Assembly (NCBI GenBank): GCA_963422365.1
Contig: OY729426.1
Location: forward strand, 1,440,001-1,504,000
Source of the DNA: Nitrospirales bacterium
GTDB lineage: Bacteria; Nitrospirota; Nitrospiria; Nitrospirales; UBA8639
Reading direction: 5' to 3'
Length of the DNA stretch: 64,000 nucleotides
Program-made: the position numbers and the translations under genes
Shown: positions 21,926-32,066 of the stretch, one piece after another
How positions within the stretch are numbered: the stretch's first letter is position 1
How the letters are laid out: every line of letters starts with the position of its first letter
Notes under the pieces: generated by a model
Database searches by the model: none
What the model saw: the letters and a program-made list of their open reading frames with translations, nothing else
Told to the model about the DNA's origin: nothing

Positions 21926-22341
21926 TCGTCTGAATTTTCGTTCTTCATTCATGTAGAAACCCCGCGCGCTTGCCGGAGAAAAATGTCGAGGTCGAAGGGT
22001 TGCTCTGTTTGCTGACTGATCACGTGGATGTCGCCGTGCTGGACAGGGCTTCGGCTCTTCGAGCGGTCAGTCCCATGTCGGTAAGGGTTGATCGCATACG
22101 ACCCGCCATCGCATGGCAGTGATGGCTGCCGAAAATTTTTGTGCAGGGTTGAGGCAACGTCGCCTGCCTCATTGCATCAACCCGGAAGTGTCTCAATGAG
22201 TGACTGGAGACGCGGAGACGCTGAAACCGACTTCGGGATGAAAAGGTTTGTAGTCTTTCTCCGGTTTCTTATACAATATGGCGACTTTTCGGTGTCGTCT
22301 TTTTGCTTTCCATCTAGAGCGTGCGCGGTTTTGAGTGTCGC

Positions 22342-22962
22342 ATGAAATCTCCCGTGGTTACCTGTTTGGACATGGAGGGTGTGTTAACTCCGGAAATTTG
22401 GCTGGAGTTGTCCGAGAAAACGGGGATTGCCGACTTAAAGGTCACCACCCGAGATATTCCGGACTACGACGAATTAATGCAGCTTCGCTTAGACCTTTTG
22501 GCTCAATTTCAGCTTAAGCTGTCGGATATCAGGGACGTGGTCGCAGGGATGAAACCCCTGGATGGTGCTGCAGACTTCTTGACTTGGTTGCGAACGCGTT
22601 GCCAAGTCATTATTTTGTCGGATAGCTATTATGATTTAGTCAGTCCTCTGATGAAACAACTGCACTATCCTTCCATCTTTTGTCATACCTTAGAGATTGA
22701 CGACGCCGGATATATTCGGAACTACTCGCTTCGGCAAAAAGATCAAAAACGCCATGCGGTGGCAGCGGTCAAGAGTCTGAATTTTCGCGTATTGGCTGCA
22801 GGAGATTCATACAATGACGTGTCCATGCTGCAAGAAGCCGATGCCGGGTTTTTCTTCTGTCCTCCAGACACGATTTGTTCCGAATACCCTCAATTCCCCG
22901 TCACGCGCTCCTATCCCGAGCTTATGGAACAGTTCGTGTGTGCTGGAGGCCTGTGTCACTGA
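22342..22962 (+). CDS. thrH: Phosphoserine phosphatase/homoserine phosphotransferase
   Basis: CLDMEGVLTPEIW, TTRDIPDYDELM, ILSDSYY and AAGDSYND. Confidence 0.9.
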   Translation: MKSPVVTCLDMEGVLTPEIWLELSEKTGIADLKVTTRDIPDYDELMQLRLDLLAQFQLKLSDIRDVVAGMKPLDGAADFLTWLRTRCQVIILSDSYYDLVSPLMKQLHYPSIFCHTLEIDDAGYIRNYSLRQKDQKRHAVAAVKSLNFRVLAAGDSYNDVSMLQEADAGFFFCPPDTICSEYPQFPVTRSYPELMEQFVCAGGLCH

Positions 22963-23093
22963 CGTCGCAACATCAACTCGTTACGCATGAATCCGGTTGG
23001 TTATGCCGAAAAACGAAAAAGTGCAAGTTGCCGTTCATGCATTACCTATCATTGCAACAGATGGAAACTGTTGTGTATCAAAGGAGGCAACGT

Positions 23094-23846
23094 ATGAGTC
23101 GCCTGTCTGTCATGTACAAGGCGTGTGGCATTCTTATGCTCGTGTCATTGACGATAACGGGCTGCCTAGGCTCGCGAGATTGGACGTATCCTCCGCCCCC
23201 GGACGGGACGTATTTGGGTATCACGGCTGGCCAGAAGATTTCCGGTCGTCTGGTGGTTCGTCCTCTTGAGGATAAACGGGGCACGGAGGTGCGTGAAGAA
23301 TATTGGGCGGCCGCGATTCCCTTCGTTCCTCATGCCGTCACGGCCTATGACCGGCCTGAGACGATTGCGAACCCCGAACCTGTCGACGAAGTGTCTTTCG
23401 ACCCGTCACGCGATTTTTCGCGTGCCATGGCTGATGAAATTCGAGAAGCGGAGATTTTTTCTTCCGTGACGTTTGTCGACCAGGACCAACCGGTGCCTTC
23501 CAGTGATTTCGTCTTGCAGGGACGCCTCTATTCGACCCAGTGGAAACGGCGTGTTTCCACGTACCTTTTGGGTCCCGTCAGCACGCTTTTTTGGATGGTC
23601 GGCTTGCCGCTGGGAACGATCGAGACTGAAATGGAACTGGATATGCAATTAACCAAGGCTGGGGAGCCGAACAACGTGCTGTGGAGCTTTGCCATGGAAT
23701 TTCAAGCGCAAGAAACGGATGGCCTCTATTACGGGTTGGAAGATTCCGTGATGCATTATCCGAAAGCCCTTCAGGATGGGCTACGACTCGCCATCAGCGA
23801 TTTGGTGGCAACAGTTCCCGCACGCCTCATGCGTGAAGAAAAGTGA
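23094..23846 (+). CDS. Hypothetical lipoprotein
   Basis: AAGGAGG RBS and a signal peptide with lipobox ITGC. Confidence 0.7.
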   Translation: MSRLSVMYKACGILMLVSLTITGCLGSRDWTYPPPPDGTYLGITAGQKISGRLVVRPLEDKRGTEVREEYWAAAIPFVPHAVTAYDRPETIANPEPVDEVSFDPSRDFSRAMADEIREAEIFSSVTFVDQDQPVPSSDFVLQGRLYSTQWKRRVSTYLLGPVSTLFWMVGLPLGTIETEMELDMQLTKAGEPNNVLWSFAMEFQAQETDGLYYGLEDSVMHYPKALQDGLRLAISDLVATVPARLMREEK

Positions 23847-23882
23847 CAAGATGTTCCGAGGGGGCATGACCTCGCAAGGCAG

Positions 23883-24215
23883 GTGTCGAGCGTGGGAGAA
23901 CTTGTTGTATTGGTCACGGCTTCCAGCGAAGAAGAAGCGCGTCTAGTTGGTCGCCGCGTTGTTGAAAAGAAGCTGGCGGCGTGTGTCACGGTCGTGCCCA
24001 AAGTCATTTCCATTTTTGAATGGGAAGGCAATGTCTGCGAAGAACATGAGTGGTTGCTGGTCATGAAATCGAATTCCCATGTCTACGATGCCCTGGAAGC
24101 TGAAGTAAAATCCCTTCACAGCTATGAGGTCCCTGAAATCCTCGCCGTGTCGGTGGTGAAGGGCTCGATCGAATATTTGGCGTGGGTCAGGGCCATGACC
24201 CACGTGCCAGATTAA
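23883..24215 (+). CDS. cutA: Divalent-cation tolerance protein CutA
   Basis: KLAACV, SIFEWEG and LHSYEVPEI. Confidence 0.92.
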   Translation: MSSVGELVVLVTASSEEEARLVGRRVVEKKLAACVTVVPKVISIFEWEGNVCEEHEWLLVMKSNSHVYDALEAEVKSLHSYEVPEILAVSVVKGSIEYLAWVRAMTHVPD

Positions 24216-24382
24216 CCTGCCTGCCTCACTTGTTTCTCTAGATGGTGAGGGCGGTCGGGCATTTTGCCAAAAAGAAAAAAGATAGTGGGGGTAGAACATA
24301 TTGACACTCATGGTTTTTCTTCAGTACTGTAGTGCGTCAAGCGTCACACAAAAGGTAAAACACCGTTAACCTGAGTCGCTCA

Positions 24383-25357
24383 TTGAACCCATCTGACGAT
24401 AGATTAACCATCATGATTTTTCGGGGAATGACCACGAACCCTCTCAAGATCGGTTTGCGCAAAGCGACACTCAAGAAAGTGTTTCTGGCGGCCGTGGTTG
24501 TGTTAGCCGTGCAAGTGGGGGTACTGGTACATTATGTGGTTCAGACGAATCAAGTTGCCGAACTCGAAGAGTTGAGGGAAGAACTCAGCCAGTCTAGAGG
24601 GCAAACGGTTGCGTTTTCTGAAGCCATTGACGACATGAGGCAGCGCATGCTGTCCATGCAGGAGGTCCACGCAAAGTTGCAAACGATGTTTGGGCTTGAC
24701 CACGAGCAAAGAGACGGCCTTGTAGTCGATGGGCAGGGTGGTGAAGAGTTTCCGTATGACGCTTCATTCTCTAGGGCCACAGGCAGGCTCTCGGAGGAAG
24801 CTCCAGCCGATGAACTCATCAGGAGCAATCCCAACGCCTCTCGATCCACCTTGGTGGTGAAAATCGAAAAGGGGCTGGTTTGGCTTGATCGACAAGCGTT
24901 GAGACAACGACACGTTCTGGCTCGGTTGGAAGAAACCGCTGAGGAACGAGTGGAGCGGTGGGCTGCGACTCCCTCCATTTGGCCAGTCAAAGGGCCCGTT
25001 ACCTCCAAGTTCGGGCCACGCATTTCACCCTTTACCGGGAAAAAGGCGTTCCATTCAGGGTTGGATATCGGTTCGCCTCGTGGCAAAGAAGTGCGTGCTC
25101 CTGCTGCCGGCAGAGTGGCGGTGGCTGCCTATGATACGAGGATGGGCAATTTTATTCGTATCAATCACGGGTATGGCATAGAGACGACCTATGGACACCT
25201 TTTGAAAACGTTGGTCAAGTACGGCCAACGGGTCAAACGAGGGGATCTGATTGGATTGGTAGGGAGTACGGGGAGGTTTTCTACCGGGCCGCATCTCCAT
25301 TATCAGATTGCGATTCAAGATACAGTCGTTAATCCTCGGCAGTATATTTTGGACTAG
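24383..25357 (+). CDS. M23-family metallopeptidase
   Basis: TM anchor plus coiled coil, PSIWPV, HSGLD, YGHL and STGPHLHY. Confidence 0.9.
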   Translation: MNPSDDRLTIMIFRGMTTNPLKIGLRKATLKKVFLAAVVVLAVQVGVLVHYVVQTNQVAELEELREELSQSRGQTVAFSEAIDDMRQRMLSMQEVHAKLQTMFGLDHEQRDGLVVDGQGGEEFPYDASFSRATGRLSEEAPADELIRSNPNASRSTLVVKIEKGLVWLDRQALRQRHVLARLEETAEERVERWAATPSIWPVKGPVTSKFGPRISPFTGKKAFHSGLDIGSPRGKEVRAPAAGRVAVAAYDTRMGNFIRINHGYGIETTYGHLLKTLVKYGQRVKRGDLIGLVGSTGRFSTGPHLHYQIAIQDTVVNPRQYILD

Positions 25358-25626
25358 ATCCCTCCCTCTTAATTCGTCGCCGATTGTATGGGCTGCATAG
25401 TGAAACTGAAAAGCTGGACCAGCTTGAAACGAATCCACGAGACTGAGCCGTGCAACTGGCGAAATAGAAAGAATTCCACACCGATTTAGTTTATAGAGAG
25501 ATATCCTGAGGCGAGCAGCACATCCTTGCTGGGGAGTCATAAGAAGAGTACCTGTGTGGATGGTCCGTCCGGCGAACCGGTGGGGGGGAGACCGTCTGGT
25601 TAGGATAACGTCACCCGGCATCCCTG

Positions 25627-26415
25627 CTAGGATGCCGCCGCTTTTTTGAACACGATGTCGCCGAAATAGGCCACGGCCGATTCCTGGGTGTTGTCGGTAT
25701 CCGTCATTACGGCCACACCAGAGACCAGAGGCGGGTCGTCTCCGAATGCCTTTTGATAATCCTTGTAAAGGTTCCGCGACTCGGCAACCCATTGACCGAC
25801 TTTTTCCTGTCCACTTTCAAGAACAATCATTTTCACGCGATCCGTGTACGGATTGGGGACAATCGTCCCGACCGGACTTCGACTGTCCCAGATGTAATTG
25901 ATGGCTCCGATCGGGGGATACTGCCCGTAGACAAGCCGGGCCACTTCATATTGGGCTTTCTCGAAAAGGCCGACGTGGCTGCCGTCATAGGCGAAGGTGA
26001 TATAGAGCCGGGCGGGGTAGTCGTCACCCTCCTTGGTGGTGACGTCGCCGTGTTTTAGAATATTTTCGACCTTCCATCGCCATTCGACAATGGGATACAG
26101 CTTCGGGTCGATTGTCACCTCTCGGGTCAGCCCCGAGGAAGAACCATGGCTGACGGCTTTGACGACCATGGTCCCGTTGTCTTCCACCAACGAGTACTCG
26201 GTATGCTCGTTGATCCTTTCGAACGTGACGGGTTTCCAGGAATCAGGGTAGAGCCCTTCGGCCTTTGCGCGAGAAAAGGTTCCCACGTGAACCATGGACG
26301 GCGATTCCGCCTGAAGGGTTCCGGCAAGCAAGGCAAGGCTCAAGCCTATTCCGATACGTCCGACAAAAGAGCTTTTCCCTGCCTCGAGGCTTTCATGATC
26401 GAACCCCTTCTTCAT
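25627..26415 (-). CDS. DUF3047-family secreted protein
   Basis: Signal peptide, WRWKV, GDDYPARLY, INYIW and MTDTDNT. Confidence 0.85.
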   Translation of the reverse strand: MKKGFDHESLEAGKSSFVGRIGIGLSLALLAGTLQAESPSMVHVGTFSRAKAEGLYPDSWKPVTFERINEHTEYSLVEDNGTMVVKAVSHGSSSGLTREVTIDPKLYPIVEWRWKVENILKHGDVTTKEGDDYPARLYITFAYDGSHVGLFEKAQYEVARLVYGQYPPIGAINYIWDSRSPVGTIVPNPYTDRVKMIVLESGQEKVGQWVAESRNLYKDYQKAFGDDPPLVSGVAVMTDTDNTQESAVAYFGDIVFKKAAAS

Positions 26416-26456
26416 GATTCACATGCTTCGTCGAATCACCCGCAGCCAGCCATCGA

Positions 26457-29054
26457 TTATGAAAGGGGACGGTAAGCTTTTCTGCGAGGGCCATCATGAG
26501 GGCCGGCAGCCTGATGTTCCGCAACAAGTTCGCCGACTTGTTCTTTCCAGCGATCTTCAAACATCATCCTGAAAACAGCAGGCGGTTCGCAGACTTTCAT
26601 TTCGCCTCTGTCAAGGGCCGCGTTGTACGCCGCTTCAAGGGTCTCAAGCAGCTTCTTCTTGTAGCCCGTCTCCTCATTTCCCTTCAGGTGAACGCCTTTT
26701 GTTTCCAGAATCAGCAGTATCCCGTCACCTTGTCGGCAAGCCACAAAGTCGGGATAGACCCGCTGACGTCTCCACCCTTGGAGGGAATATTGTTGCCTTG
26801 CGGCGATCTTGTGCCACCAAGAGATGGAGTTGCTCTTGTCCAGGTACAGCGCAAAGTCTTTTTCGAGATTATTGAAATTGCTTTCATACACGGGCTCAAA
26901 AAGACTCTGCTGTATCGGCTGGCCGTGTTCGCCCTGAAGCGATCTTTCCTTGCTGGACACGAAAACCTCAAACGACTTGTCCAGTTCATAATCCAATGCC
27001 TCGTCGGTCTCAAGATGAAACCTGATCGCATCGCTTTTAACTTTGCGGTGGAAAACCGACTCGGCTTTCTTGTCCAGATCTGCCTTGATCCTTTGACGCA
27101 ACACCTCTGAGAGATCAATCCGGTTATTCAGCAGTGTTGAGTCGTTGTATCCCGTGCGCTTGTGCTGTTGGAGAAAATTCTCCGCTATGCACGCGGCCTG
27201 CCACGGGTTGGGCACCACGTCCGTCAGCCGCCGGACGAAATAATCAAGGCTCAATCGTTCTCCGGTCTCAAAAGCCTGTTCGGAGGACTTGCTTTCCGCC
27301 TGGATGTCAACTGTGGCGATGACCTCACGAATCGTGTCTTTCGCGTCCAGATTGACCGCCTTGCCCGCGTCGATTGTGTCCCAAGCCACCGCGCCTAGTA
27401 TGTCGCGGTCGTAATCAATCGGACGCCATCCATAACCCTCTTTGTGCAGAACCTGAGGGAGAAAGATCGCAAGCTTGCTATATTTTTGGCGGCGCTTGAC
27501 GGTTTGTGGCTTTGGTGCGTCACCTTCACCCTCGCTGCGAATGGCATCGCCGAGCCCAGTCAGCCCTTCGTTTTCCAGTCCGGCCTTCACCCCTTCGACG
27601 GCCCTGCCCACGTCCGTGTTGTAACAGTAGATGTAACATCTGTTCAGATTGTCGCTTTTCTCGATTCTGCGCGCGTGCGGCTGTCGCATGATCCGTCCGG
27701 TCATCTGGGTCATAGCCGTTGTCGCCGTGGTGTTGTCCAATAAAGCCAGCACGTAGGCGAACGAGCAGTCCCAGCCCTCTTTGAGCGCGTCTTTGGTGAT
27801 GATCCAGCGGACGAGGCTTTGTTCGCTCAATACATCTTCCTGCGCAAGTTCCTTGTTTTCAGACGACTGCACTCGTACCTGCGCCTCCGGTACGGAAAGG
27901 TGCCGTATCAGGTAGTTGCGCACGTCCTCGGAATGAATGTTCCCCTGGCTCCGCTGCTCCCTGCCCGTTCGTTGCACCCTCACCAGAGCGATGGGACGGA
28001 CATAACGGTTTTCCCGTGCTTGAAGGCTTCGGGTTTCGATTTCCAACTCCTGTAATTTCCGCTGGGTTTCGGCGAGCGTATGCTTCCAGTCGGAATTGGC
28101 GAAGCTGTGGATCTCTATCGGCAGCTTTATCATCTCCTCGGCTTGAAGCTCGGTTCCCGAGACGTTGACCAGGATGTTACTGATGCCGATTTTGGGTGTG
28201 GCGGACAGTTCGAGCACAAAGCGGGGGTTGAGTCGATTGACGGACTTGACGAACTCCCGGTTGTTTTTGTCGTTCGGCCCATATGCCTTGTGTGCCTCAT
28301 CCAGAATTACGGTGGGATGGATGAGTTTCAGGACGTTTATCAGGCTTTGCTTGACCCAATCGCCGCTGTGGTTCTTCTCTAGGTCTGGGAGGTGTTCTGA
28401 AAGCTCGCGGTTCGCGGCCATGTCGTCCTGCTCGGGAAAGAACGACGTATACCCGCCGCTGTCCCGGAATATCTTGAGAAAGTCCTTGCCCTTTTGTCTG
28501 TTGGCGGACGGCAGCATCAGCATCATGACGCACAGGCGGCTTGCCACGTCCTGCTTGGTGAATCGCTCGTCCTTCTGCAACAGCTTGACCTTGCCGCCGG
28601 AAATTCTTTCAAGCATTTGCCGGTACGGATGTTCGCGGGTTCTGAACGCCTTGAACGTCTGCTCGTAAATCGCCTTGGTCGGCACGATCCACAGCACAAA
28701 GCCGGTGTCCTGCTTGATACGCTCAAGCGCGGCCACGCCCAGCAGCGTCTTGCCGCCTCCGGTCGGGACTTTCAGGCAGACGTGCGGGACAGGTTCACCG
28801 GACGTGGCTGTGCGGGAGATGTAATCGGGGACTTCGGGGTTTCCGTCTTGGTGCTGAACGGCGGGAAGAATGTTCTGGTTTTTCAGGTTTCTCCAGGCAG
28901 AAAGGGGATAATTTTTCAGTTCTTCGGGAACATCGACGCCGCTCTCTTCAAGTGCCTTTGTGGCTTTTTTGTATTTCAGCCGGGCGTTCTTGAGTCCTTC
29001 GAGCCAGCGGTCCAACTGCTCAAGGGCGTTCTGCTGGTAGGTTTTGAGGTGCAT
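26457..29054 (-). CDS. res: Type III restriction enzyme Res subunit (SF2 helicase plus PD-(D/E)XK nuclease)
   Basis: PTGGGKT, LDEAH, LSATP, LKEGWD, QMTGRIMR and a C-terminal YPDF...LETKG motif; downstream of mod. Confidence 0.9.
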   Translation of the reverse strand: MHLKTYQQNALEQLDRWLEGLKNARLKYKKATKALEESGVDVPEELKNYPLSAWRNLKNQNILPAVQHQDGNPEVPDYISRTATSGEPVPHVCLKVPTGGGKTLLGVAALERIKQDTGFVLWIVPTKAIYEQTFKAFRTREHPYRQMLERISGGKVKLLQKDERFTKQDVASRLCVMMLMLPSANRQKGKDFLKIFRDSGGYTSFFPEQDDMAANRELSEHLPDLEKNHSGDWVKQSLINVLKLIHPTVILDEAHKAYGPNDKNNREFVKSVNRLNPRFVLELSATPKIGISNILVNVSGTELQAEEMIKLPIEIHSFANSDWKHTLAETQRKLQELEIETRSLQARENRYVRPIALVRVQRTGREQRSQGNIHSEDVRNYLIRHLSVPEAQVRVQSSENKELAQEDVLSEQSLVRWIITKDALKEGWDCSFAYVLALLDNTTATTAMTQMTGRIMRQPHARRIEKSDNLNRCYIYCYNTDVGRAVEGVKAGLENEGLTGLGDAIRSEGEGDAPKPQTVKRRQKYSKLAIFLPQVLHKEGYGWRPIDYDRDILGAVAWDTIDAGKAVNLDAKDTIREVIATVDIQAESKSSEQAFETGERLSLDYFVRRLTDVVPNPWQAACIAENFLQQHKRTGYNDSTLLNNRIDLSEVLRQRIKADLDKKAESVFHRKVKSDAIRFHLETDEALDYELDKSFEVFVSSKERSLQGEHGQPIQQSLFEPVYESNFNNLEKDFALYLDKSNSISWWHKIAARQQYSLQGWRRQRVYPDFVACRQGDGILLILETKGVHLKGNEETGYKKKLLETLEAAYNAALDRGEMKVCEPPAVFRMMFEDRWKEQVGELVAEHQAAGPHDGPRRKAYRPLS

Positions 29055-29055
29055 T

Positions 29056-29838
29056 CTACCCTATCTGGTCCGCAAGAAAATCCTTGATTCTCTTCCTGTT
29101 ATCCTGCATCAGACTGGAAAATTGACGGTCGCAAACATCCGTGAAGCGGGACAGCACTTTACGACTGATCTGTTCCTGGTCTTCAAAAATCCCCAACGTC
29201 AGAAAAGTTCGATTCCATCGCTGAAATTGCAAGATGCCGATGGTTGTATCACGACATTTATCGTCATTTCCTATGGCGTAGACGTGTAAAGGGCGAGCCA
29301 TGCCGTTGATGCGGCAATCCACCGCGTACTTGCCGTTGGGATCATGCGATGCATCATTGTAATCAAACGTGAATCTTTCGGGACTTACGGTTTCACTGAT
29401 AAATTCCTTGAAATCGTCTATGAATGTAGACGCCACTCGTTCTCGGCTCAGATAAGAAACGTCGGTGATGTTGATGAGACACTGGATAACGTTATAGAAC
29501 ACGTTGCCCGCGTTTGTGAGTTCATGAATCTGAGCAAAGAGTTGTCCTTCATGTTCTGTAACGCCGTATCGTTCCAAGGCCCCTTCAATAAACTCGTTAC
29601 GACTCTCCTTTTCGAGAGACGACAAATCCATGTGATAGCTCAGGTGCATATAGGTATGACCTTCATCGGTAATGATCCAATCGCCGATTTCATCCTTTCG
29701 TAACGCGAGAACAAAATGATCGCCATCATCAAAATGAAACGGCGTAAAAATCTTGTAACGATTGACTCCTTCGGGAATCAGTCGGATAGATTCGGTGACC
29801 GTCGCCTTGAATGAATCCTGTATTGCGTCGACGTTCAC
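29056..29838 (-). CDS. DUF1828/DUF1829-like protein
   Basis: IFTPFHFDDGDH...WIITDEGHT (DUF1828-like), then FIDDFKEFI...GKYAVDCRING (possible nuclease-like C-domain). Recognised by eye. Confidence 0.75.
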   Translation of the reverse strand: MNVDAIQDSFKATVTESIRLIPEGVNRYKIFTPFHFDDGDHFVLALRKDEIGDWIITDEGHTYMHLSYHMDLSSLEKESRNEFIEGALERYGVTEHEGQLFAQIHELTNAGNVFYNVIQCLINITDVSYLSRERVASTFIDDFKEFISETVSPERFTFDYNDASHDPNGKYAVDCRINGMARPLHVYAIGNDDKCRDTTIGILQFQRWNRTFLTLGIFEDQEQISRKVLSRFTDVCDRQFSSLMQDNRKRIKDFLADQIG

Positions 29839-30344
29839 GAGAACATCTCCATTTGGGACGAATTGCCGGAACTGTCACCTGCCACGTGGCAGTCCGCTAC
29901 AAGACACCGGAAGGCCTCGTTCAAATCCGCATAACGGTCAGTAGGCATGGCGTAATGTTCATCGTGATAAAAGGAGTGCTGATATGTCTCCGTCGCCTGG
30001 TGAATATGAAAATCGTAGAACGGTGGTTGCTCTTCCAGCCGATTTGTATGCTCATGGCTTTTGCCGTTGTAACGTCTCAGCATGAAGGCTTGATTTCGTC
30101 CTTGCGGAATGAATCCCAAACCACAGGAAAAATCCAGTGGATTCAGTTTGTTGCGCCGTAAGTATATGAGCCAATCGCCTTCGCCATTTTGTCTTGGAAA
30201 TCGGCGCGAATGAGCGAAGTGGGAAGATGCTCTGCCGCTTTTGATTTTCATGTTCCGCAAAAGGGAAACGGCAGAGCAATCAATCTGTTTAGGCTCATCA
30301 ATCAAATCCTGTATTTGTTCATTGGTGAGGAAAAACTTTTTCAT
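29835..30344 (-). CDS. Uncharacterised His-motif protein (DUF6978-like)
   Basis: LxxxxIxxLIxEPK start, LRRYNGKSHEHTN and FHIH; its stop overlaps the next start (GTGA). Confidence 0.65.
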   Translation of the reverse strand: MKKFFLTNEQIQDLIDEPKQIDCSAVSLLRNMKIKSGRASSHFAHSRRFPRQNGEGDWLIYLRRNKLNPLDFSCGLGFIPQGRNQAFMLRRYNGKSHEHTNRLEEQPPFYDFHIHQATETYQHSFYHDEHYAMPTDRYADLNEAFRCLVADCHVAGDSSGNSSQMEMFS

Positions 30345-30371
30345 GAAAGGTTAACCAATCCTATAACAATT

Positions 30372-32027
30372 TTATAAAGATACTCCATACGGCAAGCCGC
30401 AGAACGTAATCCCCATCTGGGTCAATTCCTTCTGGCCCATGAACTTGTGGGTGGCGAAGACGACCGCGGTTTTTTGCTTTTTCTTGGCCTGCCTGGCGAT
30501 GCGTTCGGCACGCTCGCCGTTCAGGGCGGACTCGGCGCTGCGCAGGAAGGCGAGGTCAGGCTCGTAGACCAGATAGAACAGCCTATCGTCGGTTTCATGA
30601 AAAAGGCCGTCCTGACTCCGTGCCTTGCGGGTCGTGTCCGGCGCTTGACCAGTCGCCGTATAGACAAGGTGGCGGGCCAGGGTGTCGTAGCCCGGCAGGT
30701 TTTCTCCGCTGAGCATCTTTTCCGGGCTGATTTCCTCGCCCAAGGTGCAATAGGTGAAACCGCCGCCCAGCCCGTTTTTCAGGGTTTCGTCCTTCGCCGT
30801 CGGAACGCCGTTGATGACGCGGCGCACACGCTCAGCGGTGATGGTGTCGGCGTAGTTTTCGCACTCGACCAGGATGAATTTGCGGTTGCCGTTATCTTCC
30901 GCGTTGAGCGCTAATACCGCCTGTGCCGTCGTGCCGGAGCCGGCGAAGGAGTCCAGGATGATAGCATTTTTATTGGTGGCAAGTTGAAAAATTCGCGTGA
31001 GTAGTCGAACCGGCTTGGGCGTATCAAAAGGAGCTTTCCCTTCATGCAGAGTCTTCAACTCCAAAGTCGCTTCCTTACTATGTCCAGCGAATTTATGGTC
31101 CCACCAGGTATTCGGCGTAAGGCCAGCCTGAGTCTCGGAGAGGAATCTTTTTAGCATCGGACGTCCGGTCCCCGATGTCCCAAACGTAATTCGCCGTTCG
31201 TTGAGCCATTTTTGATACTGGCACTTGTTCATGCGCCAATAACGGTTCGGTGGTGGGTCGAACTTGTCCCCTTTCGGTCCGATGATTGTAAATTGACCGG
31301 CGGAATATGGTTTGCTGGCAGACAGGTCCTGTGCTCTCCAAGGACCACGAGGGTCGTTGTCAGAGTTTTTGTAGTCTGCTTCTTGTTTGGGAGTTCGAGG
31401 GAGCTTATTTACTAAGAAATAGTCAATTGCTCTCGCGTAGCAGATTACGTGGTCGTGCATATCTGACAGAAATCCGGCGGTTACGTTTGAGACGTAACGC
31501 TTCTGCCAGACAATGTTTGCGACAAAATTCTCCTCCCCGAAAATCTCATCCATCATCATCCGCAGATGATGTTGCTCATTATCATCAATCGAAACAAAAA
31601 TCGCCCCGCCCTCGGCCAGCATCTCGCGTAACAGGTGCAGCCGCGGCCACATCATGCACAGCCACTTGTCGTGTCGCTCCAGGTCTTCGCCGTCCACCGG
31701 GCTTTTATCTTTCAGCCATTCCTGCATCAGCGGGCTGTTCACGTTGTCGTTGTACACCCAGCCTTCGTTGCCGGTGTTGTAGGGCGGGTCAATGTAGATG
31801 CAGTTCACCCGTCCGGCGTAGCGCGGCATGAGCGCCTTGAGCGCGTGCAGGTTGTCGCCGTGGATGATCAGATTGTCGTCGAGAGAAGGCTTTTCCCCCT
31901 TCGGCAGACGAGACCCCCGCTTACGTGGGGGAAGGCTTTTTGCAGCGTCCGGCTCAAGCGTTCGGGCAGGCACGCTCAGGTGATGGGCATACACGAGTGG
32001 CTTGCCTTTGAAATCAAGCGTCGGCAT
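30372..32027 (-). CDS. mod: Type III R-M DNA methyltransferase Mod
   Basis: NLIIHGDNL, IYIDPPYNTG, FVSIDDNE, TPKPV and ILDSFAGSGTT (beta-class amino-MTase). Confidence 0.92.
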   Translation of the reverse strand: MPTLDFKGKPLVYAHHLSVPARTLEPDAAKSLPPRKRGSRLPKGEKPSLDDNLIIHGDNLHALKALMPRYAGRVNCIYIDPPYNTGNEGWVYNDNVNSPLMQEWLKDKSPVDGEDLERHDKWLCMMWPRLHLLREMLAEGGAIFVSIDDNEQHHLRMMMDEIFGEENFVANIVWQKRYVSNVTAGFLSDMHDHVICYARAIDYFLVNKLPRTPKQEADYKNSDNDPRGPWRAQDLSASKPYSAGQFTIIGPKGDKFDPPPNRYWRMNKCQYQKWLNERRITFGTSGTGRPMLKRFLSETQAGLTPNTWWDHKFAGHSKEATLELKTLHEGKAPFDTPKPVRLLTRIFQLATNKNAIILDSFAGSGTTAQAVLALNAEDNGNRKFILVECENYADTITAERVRRVINGVPTAKDETLKNGLGGGFTYCTLGEEISPEKMLSGENLPGYDTLARHLVYTATGQAPDTTRKARSQDGLFHETDDRLFYLVYEPDLAFLRSAESALNGERAERIARQAKKKQKTAVVFATHKFMGQKELTQMGITFCGLPYGVSL

Positions 32028-32066
32028 GGCAGTCTTACAGAATTACAATCAAGCCGAGTTGACGGA

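Noticed and set aside
25360..25626. Structured ncRNA between the M23 peptidase and DUF3047 genes
   Set aside because: No recognisable family motif or convincing long stem; an Rfam scan would be needed.
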